From the NCBI GenBank assembly GCA_964035575.1, contig OZ037839.1, forward strand, positions 310,001 through 374,000: a stretch of DNA of 64,000 nt, given 5' to 3'. Made by a program: the position numbers and the translations under genes. Position 1 is the stretch's first letter. Each line of letters starts with the position of its first letter. The notes under the pieces were generated by a model that saw only the letters and a list, made by a program, of their open reading frames with translations, was not told the origin of the DNA and searched no databases. The stretch comes from Rhynchopus sp. YZ270_cl-10 (taxonomy: Eukaryota). Shown one piece after another: positions 35,399-46,872 of this stretch.

Positions 35399-35830
35399 GG
35401 TGGCAGAGGAGGGGGAGGGGTGGTGTATGCCTGTGGTGGTGTGTTTGCGAAGGTGTGGTGTTCCCTAGCAGGAATATGGTGCGTGGGGGGGGGGGGGAGC
35501 TTACGTCACAGCTGATGGCCTCGAGGTTTCAATGGGTGTGGGTGTGTATTTGGTGGAATGCTCGAGGGTTTCGCTATTAAAACTGTTTTCTGACGGTACA
35601 CGAAAACGTCGTCAAGGAGATACGTTAGCATCAAACCACACCTGAATACGGTGGAAGAATGAAGTCACAAAGCACAAAAAGGTGCAGTGATGAGCATTAT
35701 TGTTGTGTTCTTAGTCACCCAGCCCACCCCTCAGCTCCGCCTCAGGAGAAGTCGTAGTTGATGGTGCCGTCCTGGTTCTCCTCACTCGTCCTTGGCGCCC
35801 CTCTGCAGGTGGCGGGAACGGCGACGGCTC

Positions 35831-38800
35831 CTACTCTTGTGACTGCAGCGGCGATTCTGGCAGCGGCACCAACAACCGCAACAGATCTGTGTTCATCACA
35901 TCTGTTCTGGAAACATCGGCATCAACAGATTGCTGTTCTGCTTCTGGAAGCTGACGTGACTCTGCCATGTGTTCCCATGTCGCACGCATTGAGAGAAGTG
36001 TGTTGCGCAAGAGTTCCTTTTCTGCTGAATCTGTGCAATCAGTGAATCGCTCAATCAGTTCTTTCTGCACTGCCTCCTGCATGTTGACAACTCCACGCAG
36101 TGTGTTGCAGCCTCTTGTGTTCGTCACATCTGTTCTGGAAACATCGGCATCAACAGGTTGCTGCTCTGCTTCTGGATGTTGACGTGACTCTGCCATGTGT
36201 TCCCATGTCGCACGTATTGAGTGAAGTGTGTTGCGCAAGAGTTCCTTTTCTGCCGAATCTGTGCAATCAGTGAATCGCTGAATCAGTTCATTCTGCACTG
36301 CCTCCTGCATGCTGACAACTCCACGCAGTGTGTTGGAGCCTCTTGTGTTCGTCACATCTGTTCTGGAAACATCAGCATCAACAGGTTGTGGTTCTGCTTC
36401 TGGATGTTGACGTGACTCTGCCATGTGTTCCCATGTCGCACGCATTGAGAGAAGTGTGTTGCGCAAGAGTTCCTTTTCTGCTGAATCTGTGCAATCAGTG
36501 AATCGCTGAATCAGTTCTTTCTGCACTTCCTCCTGCATGCTGACAACCCCACGCAGTGTGTTGGAGCCTCCTGTGTTCGTCACATCTGTTCTGGAAACAT
36601 CAGCATCAACAGGTTGTGGTTCTGCTCCTGGATGTTGACGTGACTCTGCCCATGTCGCACGCATTGAGAGAAGTGTGTTGCGCAAGACTTCCTTTTCTGC
36701 CGAATCTGTGCAATCTGCGCGTTTGTGGGGGTAGTCAAGCTCAGCCGTGTCGTCGCTCAAGGAGATTGGCAGGCTTTCTGCAGCCACGTCACGCTCAATG
36801 TTATCCATTGCATCCTGGAAATAACCCTCCAAAGTCAGTTCTAACCTCTCAAGACAATTACGCCATGCTCTTAATGAATCGTAGAGTCTCTTTAATTTGA
36901 AAAGCTTGCTTTGATCTTCAGGAGACATAGCATGAGTGGGGTCCTTCGCCGCAGCAGGCTGCAAAGCAGCAGGCACCCCTGCAGCAGCAAGCTTACCTAA
37001 GGCAATCGGCGGAGTCGATTCTGTCACTGTTTGTGGACTCCGAACTGGTATCGTGCAAAGTGCAGGGGAAGGGGGTGTCGAAGAGAGTGTGGAAGAAACC
37101 TGTGGGTAATGGCCAAATCGTTGTTTTGCAGTGAAAGCTCCACGGTAGTTGTTGTGTTGGGTTCCGCGGAAGGTTTTTCGGGTTGTTCTGTCTGGGGTAT
37201 GCAGGCATGTATCGGGTGTGGCAGTGCGTGCGGCATCGGTCTTGAGAATACAACAGGGCCGCAAACTGGCGTGGAATTTATAAAAATCTGGCAAATAGTA
37301 GTCGTCTTCAACTGGAACCGTTCCTGCCCCAGGGAGGCTTGAGACGATGGATCGACCGCTCTCTGCCTCAGATTTGCCGAAGTATCGCTCCAGAGTACGC
37401 AGCGCAGTGGTGCACCATTGAGTGTAATCAGCAGGTTCTGCGTCGTGTTTGAGAGGGATAATGTTTACTACGGAAAGGTATTCTGATACTTTGTCAGATT
37501 CCACCTTAGGTTGTGTAAGGCTTTGCAGTGCCAGCACAAAAGGTGTGAGAGGGTTTCGTGCTGCAACCTCCGGATCGTCCGAACAAAAGCATTTCAAAGA
37601 ATTTCCTTCTTTTCCGAAGGGTTGGAGGAGGGTTTGGATGTCTGCTTTGATTTCGTGTGGTTTGGGACGTTTGTCAGCTTTGAAACGCATGCATCTCGCG
37701 AGAAGAACCGAAAACCCATCACTCAACGCCAATGGCACTGCAAACGAGGCAATACATATATTGCTGTCCACATCAGAGCAGACCCCATCCTGCATGAAAG
37801 AAGGCCAGGGGCCTTTTTGGTTTGGGGTGGCAAGAACCAGCATGGTGAGGGCAAGCGACCACACATCAGCGGCACCTGTCACAGACCCAGCACCTTCGTC
37901 ATCGTCAAGACCTATTGGAGGGCTGAGTGAGTCGAGACCGTCCAATCCTGACGCAGTGTCCAACGAAGCGTTTGAAGTGAGCTCTGGTGCGCCAAACCGG
38001 TGAGTGCTCAAACCGCCCCCGCTGACCCGAAACTCTTGTGACGAACCCGACATAGTTCTGCTGGTGCTGCCCAAAGGCACAAACGCAGACGGCGCGCAAA
38101 ACCCATCATCATCTCCGGAAACGTCGCTAGCAATCCCACGCTTTGAAGTCCCAAAGTCGGCAAACTTAATATACCCTTCGCGGGAGACAAGAATATTCGA
38201 AGGTTTGATGCCATTATGCAGAATACAGTAAGACCCGAGACGTTGCAAAGCGCAGGCAAGCTGTTTGAAAATGTACAACAAAATCGCCTCGGGGAGAACG
38301 CCGTGGGTGTGCGAAGAGTCTCTGTTTTTTTTATTTTTTTGAGAAATTCACAAAAATTAACACAACATACGTTATAGGCGATTCCTTTGGACTGCATCCA
38401 CATTGCCTTCGCATATTTGGGGGGTGTGTATGAACGTATCGCGCACCTTTACTCTGCTGGACGTACCCTGGAGAGAGGCTCGTTGCTACCGCGGTGATGG
38501 CTAAAGCGGCAACATAGAGAGCGGAACAACGATCGTTTTTCATGCCTTCCTCTGCCGTGCTTGCGGCCATTGAATCCGAGCTGCGTCCGAGGAATGCATC
38601 CCGAGTTGGAAACTTCGCAACAATCTTATTCAACACCCTCTGATCAATCAACGAAGCCAGCCGTCTCAACTGATCTAGGTTGAAGTCCATATGCTCCATG
38701 ACAAAATCGACACTCCCGGCACTCCGTTTCGCTGGAGAGCTTGGGGCTGATGGGGAACCGGGGGCTCCACTATCCGCAGAGAAAGTACCAGGGGGTGACG

Positions 38801-41800
38801 CGAAGACCCCGCTCCGCCCGGTACGTGCCGGATTGAGTCTGGCGCAGTAGAGTTTGACGATGTGGTGGATGCTGTTCTGGTAGAGCTGTCTATGGAACTC
38901 TCCTTGGATGGCGCTGGCGATGAGTTGTGTCTTTTCTTCAGATGGGAGTCGCACGGAGACTGGTGCGCAGGTTTTTTCGCATCGATCTAGATTGACTTCC
39001 TTGCGAACAAAGAAGACCGGAACAGTGGGAAGTGTTTGAAAATGGCTTGGTCCCTGAAATTTGTAGACCACCCCTTGCGTGCCTCTACCGATACAGTCTT
39101 CGCGGTCGCGCGCCTTATCCATAGCGTTGAAGAGACATTGGGAGCAGCCGCGTTCCGTGCAATTCTCTCGGTGTACTGCTTCCTTCGTCCGTTTGGTTGT
39201 GTTTGGCTGGACTGTGGTCATGCCTTCTTCGGTGATGACGAAGGTGCCATTTTCTTGGTCGCGAACCTCAATCTGCTCTGGTGTGACGTGGACACACCCA
39301 GAGCTCCACGCGGTTGTGTCCAGCGTAGGCATTTGTGGCAGAGCAGGAGGCTTCGGCGCATTCCTCCTTGTCCTATCACCTGGATGCTGACGTGACTCTG
39401 CCATGTGTTCCCATGTCGCACGCATTGAGAGAAGTGTGTTGCGCAAGAGTTCCTTTTCTGCTGAATCTGTGCAATCAGTGAATCGCTGAATCAGTTCTTT
39501 CTGCACTTCCTCCTGCATGTCTACAACTTCACGCAGTGTGTTGGAGCCTCCTGTGTTCGTCACATCTGTTCTGGAAACATCGGCATCAACAGGTTGCTCT
39601 GCTTCTGGATGTTGACGTGACTCTGCCATGTGTTCCCATGTCGCACGTATTGAGTGAAGTGTGTTGCGCAAGAGTTCCTTTTCTGCTGAATCTGTGCAAT
39701 CAGTGAATCGCTGAATCAGTTCTTTCTGCACTGCCTCCTGCATGCTGACAACTTCACGCAGTGTGTTGGATCCTCCTGTGTTCGTCACATCTGTTCTGGA
39801 AACATCAGCATCAACAGGTTGTGGTTCTGCTTCTGGAAGCTGACGTGACTCTGCCATGTGTTCCCATGTCGCACGCATTGAGAGAAGTGTGTTGCGCAAG
39901 AGTTCCTTTTCTGCTGAATCTGTGCAATCAGTGAATCGCTGAATCAATTCTTTCTGCACTTCCTCCTGCATGCTGACAACTCCACACAGTGTGTTGGATC
40001 CTCCTGTGTTCGTCATATCTGTTCTGGAAACATCGGCAACAACAGGTTGTGGTTCTGCTTCTGGAAGCTGACGTGACATGCGTTCCCTTTCATAGGCAGT
40101 ACTGTGCAGACCTTCATGCTCGCGTGCACGCGACCCCTTGCTTAACCGAACGCCCCCAACTTCACAGCTGCCGTCAGCACGATCCGCATACTCCATCACC
40201 TTCTCGTCAAAGACCACACGATTACTGTTGAAGCCCGCCACTGTCTTGCCTGCCAGCCCTTCAAGGTAACGACCATAATAATACGTCTGGCCTGCTTCCT
40301 CATCTTTTGTGATCGAGTCCCGTGCAGAGGCCTCCATCCAGTGCAAATGCCTCAGGGGACAGTGCATAGTCAGATGGGTGTCTCCGCAAGAACGACATAA
40401 CTGAAAAAGAGAGTTAGCCATTCCTTCCGAAGACGCAGCATCCGACGAAGACGACATCGCTTTGGACGAACTAAAGGCGCTCCGCGGGGAAGGTATAGGA
40501 GGTCTGCTACTCGACGCAGCACTGGACATTGCGTCGTGGTAGTAAGGAGACACGTAGTGAGGATACAGGTGGTGATGTTGGTGGTGATGATGATGATGGT
40601 GGTGGTGAACCGCATGGCCTGGGTGTATGTGACCTGGGTGAATCGGGGGCAAGTACCCCGGCATCATGTGCGTGTAGTGACTAGCAGGGACGGGCAGCGG
40701 TATGAACTGCTCACCCTGAGGCTCTGCCCCTGTGTTTTTCACATCTGTCCCGACGACGGAATCAACAGGTTGATGCTGACGTGACTCTGCCACCATATGC
40801 TGTATGTGGCAGAGATCCTCACAAAAATATACCGAAGACGCAGCATCCGACGAAGACGACATCGCTTTGGACGAACTAAAGGCGCTCCGCGGGGAAGGTA
40901 TAGGAGGTCTGCTACTCGACGCAGCACTGGACATTGCGTCGTGGTAGTAAGGAGACACGTAGTGAGGATACAGGTGGTGATGTTGGTGATGATGATGATG
41001 ATGGTGGTGGTGAACCGCATGGCCTTGGTGGGAGGGAGTAACACGGACTCTTGCGTGCTTTTGCGGCAGCGGCACGAAATCATCCTGTAGGTAGTGGTGG
41101 TAGTGAGATCGACCAAAAAAAGAACAAAAGAAGAGAAGTTGAAAGTGCAAACGCCCACCGTACATCAGTGGATGCAGGCAATGGAAAATAATCTTGTTTC
41201 AGGAAAAGACTCAAGACCAAGTAAAATAGGGGGAACGGGGTTTGAGTTTCTTTAACAAAATATACCGAGGACGACGAAGGCGTAGAAGACGACGGAGACC
41301 ACGTGTCCCGTGCCACAGGAAGTGTGTTCAGCTCTTTCTGCACTTCCTCCTGCATGTCTGCCACTCCACGTAGTGTGTTGGAGCCTCTTGTGTTTGTCAC
41401 ATCTGTCCTGCGAACATCAGCATGAACAGGTTGTGGCTCTGCTCCTGGATGCTGACGTGACTGCGCCTTTCTGCGCTTGCGTTTCTCACGCCGTGAGAGA
41501 TGTTTGTACAGCGAGCCCTGTATGTATTGATTGGTGAGATGCACCAGCAGAAATACATGTAGTTTTTAATGAGATACAATGAGTGGTGCTACCGGCCGCG
41601 TACATATTACGTCGCGTATTTATTACGGGGGGTACTTATTACGTCGCGTACTAATTACGTCGCTTTTTGGGGGCCCGCGGGCCCCCAAAAAGCGACGTAA
41701 TTAGTACACACCGTAAGGTGGAAAAAAAAAATGGGGGTAATCATGTTGGAACACAGCTGGTGTGGGCACATCACTGGGGGGATACCGCCAAACCCACACA

Positions 41801-44800
41801 ATCCCGAAGGCCATCGCAGATCGTGTGAACGAGGAGGAGAACAAACCCAACACGCGGCGCGTGTACACGGCACAGGGTAAGGTGGAAGAAATCGGTGAGA
41901 ACTCTGCCACAGTGCGTCTAGTGCCTCTGTATGCGCAAGAGGAGTGGGAAGTGCCAATGGAGTTCCTCAAATCCGCAATTTGAGCCATTCATTCATATTT
42001 CAGCAAATGTACCGTTTTTTCCGGGTGTCGGTGGGCTGTAATTGGGTGTAATTGGGAAAAAATACCGTTTTTGCCGGTTTTTGCACTTTTTTTGCACGTT
42101 TGACTTGCTCTTCGGTCCCCAAACCCCCAAATTTTCCCACTTATGTGCTGTTTCCCTACAAATCAATATAAAATCGAAAACGGCGATGAAAAAGATGCCT
42201 TGGTGAGTGGTCACAGATGCTGCACCTGCACGGTTCCAATGCGAGAATGGAGGACACACATGTACCGTTTCCCCCATTTGACCTGCAAGAAATGGAGTAA
42301 ACCCGCTGCTTTTAAACACCGGCATTTGCATTTTCGGAATCTGTCCGGCCAGTGGTGGGGTCAATTTGACGAAATGGACAAGTTCTCGTTGTTGGTCAGT
42401 TACTTTTGACCACCACAGATTACATGTGTTTTTACCGGTTTTCTATGTGCTGATGTGTGCTGGGAAGCATGCCACCAGTGTTACAATTTTACAAGGTAAA
42501 AATGACCTATGTACGTACGTATGTGAGGAAGAAGGCTGAGTGGGGATGTAGTGCCACAAAATATATGGAAAGCATGCAGTCCCCTGTCCGGTTACCAAAA
42601 TCCGCCCTTTTCGGGGGTGCCACACCCGAAAAGCGGGTGTCGTCACACCCTCTAGTTGAGTATCCCGTTTGACCCGCTCAGAGGCTGGACCTCACCGTGT
42701 GAGCAAGCAAAACAGGTCACCCCCTGTTAAGCCTCAAAAACACCTGAGTTGTACTAGTGGTGTGACTGGGTATAATTGGGTATAATTGGGCTGTAATTGA
42801 CCCAACGTGGGTCCAGATGGGCTGTGTTGGGTCCGGTTGGGTAGGTGAAAAAACGGTACAGCAAACATTCAAAAAACGTTTGCATGCTGCAATCTCTGTC
42901 CAATGTAACCTTGTAAAGGGCCGAGGGCCAACACACAACACCAAGAGAAATCCCAGAAACCCTTCCCACTCACCTTGTACGTAGATTTTGTTTTTCTTCA
43001 AAAGATTAATTACGTCGCACACTTATTACGTCGCGTACTAATTAAGTCGGCATTTGCCCTAACCGACTTAATTAGTACGCGACGTAATATGTACGCGGCC
43101 GGTATGCAGGGAAGGGGGCGAGTATATTTAAAAAAAACAGAACCAAAGAAGTGGCAAGGCGCAAACCTCTCACTATACATTTTGTTTCACTAAAATACCG
43201 CCTACAGAGGGAAAAGGGGAGCGGAGGTTTCCTTAAAAAATATATACCAAATACGCAATATCCGCAGACGAAAACTTGCTTTTGGACCAACCAAAGAGGG
43301 AAGGATTATCAGGAGGATAATACAATGGCGGGTGGTGGTGGTGATGATGGTGGTGGTGGTAAGCCGCATGGCCTGGGTGTCCCGGGGGAAAGTACCCCGG
43401 CACCGTCCCCGGGTAGCTCGCACCACTGGTGCTGGACCCATCTATGTAGCCCGGGGTGGCAAAGTCGTCTGGCGGCATGGCAGTCGCAGTCGAGGCTGTT
43501 GATACACCGACGCCAGTGGAGGCAGGCCAGCAGGGCTGTGTCTGCACTGCACAGGAGGCCTGCGTTGCGTCGTCGGTCTGTGTCGCTGCAGACTCCTTCC
43601 TGACACGAAGGTGCTCACCCTGCGACGGCAGTCCGTCCGTCTGGCACGACTTCGACATAGACCCCGTCGCACCACTAGCAGGCCCCTCAAAGGAAAATCT
43701 TTGTACCAACAGCTGCGTACCATCTTCGAGCACAGCCTTCGCAACACCCTCCATTTTCATTCTCCTTTGCAACTCTGTCTGCAACACGACGTAGCACCTG
43801 GGGATGCTTGCAATGAAGTTCTCGTTCTGTGATGTGGGTAAGTTTGGGTGTGCAACACTTCACCCATGCCCACCAATCCAACCAGCAGAAAAATACAACA
43901 TGTATTGGTCTGTGCACAAGAAAGCCAGACGCACTTCATGAGGTCTCCTTTACCGACAAAAACCATACCTGAGACAACGGCCTGCAGCAACGCTTGAGCA
44001 CACCCCACATCTCTTGGATCTGTTCTGTGCTGTGTGCGGTGTTTTCCACATTAGGCGTTGCTGCGACCAGGAGACAGCAGAGCATCACTACTGAGGGGGG
44101 GAACTCACGGAAGGAGGAGACATTGTAGCGGACAAAGTCGAAGGCTGTGGGAACAAACTCCCTGTCGTCCACTTGACGTCCGAACATCTCCGCAGAGCAG
44201 GGTACAAGCTCGAGGAAGCGCCGCACCTCTTTGCGCACGCCGAAGTCTTGTGCATAAATCTCTTCTTTCATCACTTCCTCTAAAGCACGCAACGCAGGAT
44301 GTGACCCGCTCATGTCCTTCGTCTTGTCCTCGCTTGCGCTGTGCAACAGCGCTGCCAACCCCACCCCTTTCTTCACAGAAATGTCTGTGTTGTAGACATC
44401 CTCCTGAACACCCTCAGTCAGAACGATTGCAGCAAGATCAAAGAGGCGGACGCCTTGTCCCCCTCGGAGGTGTTCTAAAAGCAACCCCCATGCAGTCAGC
44501 TGATCCCACATTGTGACAACGTGGGTGCTGAAGTCGAGCAGCTTCAGAAGCTCGAGCTCCTGATGGCGAAGAAGGTCTGCAGAGATGGAAAAGTGCTTGC
44601 TGATGGCTGAGAGAACGGGGAACTGAGTACAGTTGAGCTTCACTGCTATAAAAGCCGCGGTGACAGACCAGGTGTGAAAGTCCTGCTCCTGCATGTTGGG
44701 TTGTGAGTGGAGCACGACGTCAAGGTAGTGTTGTGCGATGTGCACAATGTACTCTTGATTTACAAGGCGGCCTAGGGAATGCGTCACCCCTGTTACGTGA

Positions 44801-45165
44801 AAAACAACCCGATCACGCCTCACAGCGTACTTCTCATTCGAGGCATGCACCTGAAGCGACTCACCTGAAGGCCGTCTCCCCCACGACAAAGAGTTCGCGC
44901 AGTCCTGCAGCACCTCGCAGGTGTAATCAAAAGACGGCCGTTCCGCCACCTCCAACGTCCGCCACCATTTGCTCGCAAGCGCAACTGTTGCAGTTCCCAA
45001 CGTCGTACACTCGCCCTCCGGCCCATAGCAGCCTCGGTCAATAAATTTGGCTTGGTGTTGTGGCTCTGTCGCGACAACATCAGCATCAACAGGTTGTTGC
45101 TCTGCTCCCGGGTGATCACCTGACTCTGGGCTAGGCGGGGAAGGTAAAGAGTGCCCCGGCACCAT
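35831..45165 (-). CDS. Predicted five-exon mosaic gene B (~2380 aa): cyclin box + His-rich blocks + zinc knuckle + 76-aa repeats + MAP2K-like pseudokinase + 76-aa repeats
   Basis: Exons 43969-45165, 43248-43826, 41266-41517, 38467-41084 and 35831-38321 join in frame through GT..AG introns. Cyclin-like IAQHYLD...AAFIAVKL...ELELLKLLDF; kinase IGRGTQGVVYK, MEHMD, LPEAIL, HNGIKPSN, DFG, APE, ADVWSL. Single-transcript status is not proven. Confidence 0.6.
41592..43102. mobile_element. Non-autonomous DNA transposon with 27-bp TIRs and TA target duplication (Tc1/mariner-type signature)
   Basis: TA|ccggccgcgtacatattacgtcgcgta ... tacgcgacgtaatatgtacgcggccgg|TA; subterminal attacgtcgc repeats; lies within a predicted intron. 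Confidence 0.85.
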
Positions 45166-45586
45166 CCCCGGGTGGCTCGCACCACTAGCTGGGGCGGGCG
45201 ACAGCGGTGTGTCGTGCTCACAGAAAAGCAGAGAGTTTCAAAACGAAAAAATTTAATTCACAGCAAACATGTGTGAGGGAGAAGAAAAGAAAGTGAACAA
45301 AAACGAAAAAACAATGTTTTTCTGAAATGTGATGTTGTTGGGGTAGGGAGAATAAAACAGTTCCAAGAAAAGCTCCTGCGTCGGTTTTCTTTTGGTTACA
45401 AAAAAAACGTTGCGAAAAAAAAAATCCTTTCAAGTCTTTTTGCGTGTTGGAGGAGAAGAAAACAGTTTCCGATAAAGGCTCCTGTGTCGGATTTCTCTTT
45501 CACATCACAAGTCCGCCCTCAAGGATATACGTTGGCATCAAACCACACCTGCATACGGTGCAAAGAATGAAGTCACAAAGCACAAA

Positions 45587-45801
45587 GCACTATTTCAATT
45601 GAATTACCGTGGTGTCTCTCATTTTCGAACAAAAAAAACGACCCAAATTCGAGAACGAAAGTTATAATACTGTACGAGCATTTTACTTTATTAACCAAAA
45701 CCTTAAACGAAAATAAGCTTTCATACGAAAGCTCATTAGTAGACGAACATTCATTGCTCGAAAATAAGAGAGATCACGGTAAATCATAATTGAAAGAGCT
45801 C
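45587..45801. mobile_element. ~210-bp MITE inserted in the family 3' flank
   Basis: tttcaatt..taccgtg.t.tctc..attttcga inverted at both ends; absent from paralogous flanks at ~35670 and ~53355 (empty sites). Confidence 0.75.
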
Positions 45802-45887
45802 AACAAAAAAAAAAAAGATGCAATGACGAGCCTCATCGCTGTGTGCTTAGTCACTGACCCAGCCCCACCCCCCCTCAGAGTCCCCCC

Positions 45888-46740
45888 CTAGACCAGCACA
45901 TCATAAGGTTCTTCTTGGTTTTGAATGTCTTCAAGAATGCGTTCTTTGTCGATTTCGGAAATGCTAGCGTGGCGAACGGCGTGAAATAAAACCCCCAAGC
46001 CGCATTGCAAGCATGAGGTACGTAGTGCCTGCATTGAGGCCCTCTCCCCAGGATCCTCAGCCAACAACCCCAACAGCAGCTCCTGAAACAACGGCGTTCT
46101 CGACGCAATCTTTGCCACCAGCTGCGTCACCACCGAGGGCTTCTCCAGAACACCCCGCGCCACCTCTTGAAGGGTCTGCCCCGAAAAGGGCCGCGACAAT
46201 TCACTCATTTCATAGTAATTCACTCCTGACCAAATATCCGCCTTTCTCTTCTACACAAAGTTGTTTGGCCACAAAGAACAAGACATGATTCATCTGAAGC
46301 ATCGTTGATCCCCTCGATGGGGGTGGCGTCCATGACGGAGGTCCAGACCTCGGGAGACCAATAGCGTGGTGTACCGCGGACAACTTCGTCGCTGATGGGG
46401 TGGAACGTTCCTCTGATTTCTTCTGTGGAGTCGGTGTAAGTTGATGCGTCTTCGTTTGGTGCCATGAATGCATCGGATGGATTTTTAATATCGACACATC
46501 TGTTCTGGAAACATCAACATCAACAGGTTGCTGCTCTGCTCCTGGATGCTGACGTGACTCTGCCATGTGTTCCCATGTCGCACGCATTGAGAGAAGTGTG
46601 TTGCGCAAGAGTTCCTTCTCTGCTGAATCTGTGCAATCAGTGAATCGCTGAATCAGTTCTTTCTGCACTTCCTCCTGCATGTTGACAACTCCACACAGTG
46701 TGTTGGAACCTCTTGTGTTCATCACATCTGTTCTGGAAAC
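45888..46740 (-). pseudogene. One 76-aa repeat fused out of frame to a frameshifted NEK-like kinase C-lobe
   Basis: VRGTPRYWSPEVW, KADIWS, YYEM..LSRPFSGQTLQEV and DPGER spread over two frames; no N-lobe; followed by the family 3' flank. Confidence 0.65.
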
Positions 46741-46872
46741 AAAGCTTATAAGATGACCCTAAACCTCTCGTGCTTAGTCACCTTACCAAAAAAATATCGG
46801 GTTGGGATAACACCACCCATTTACTTTACTTCCCCTATTTTTAGTTTTTGGATTATTATTGTTTTCCATCTC

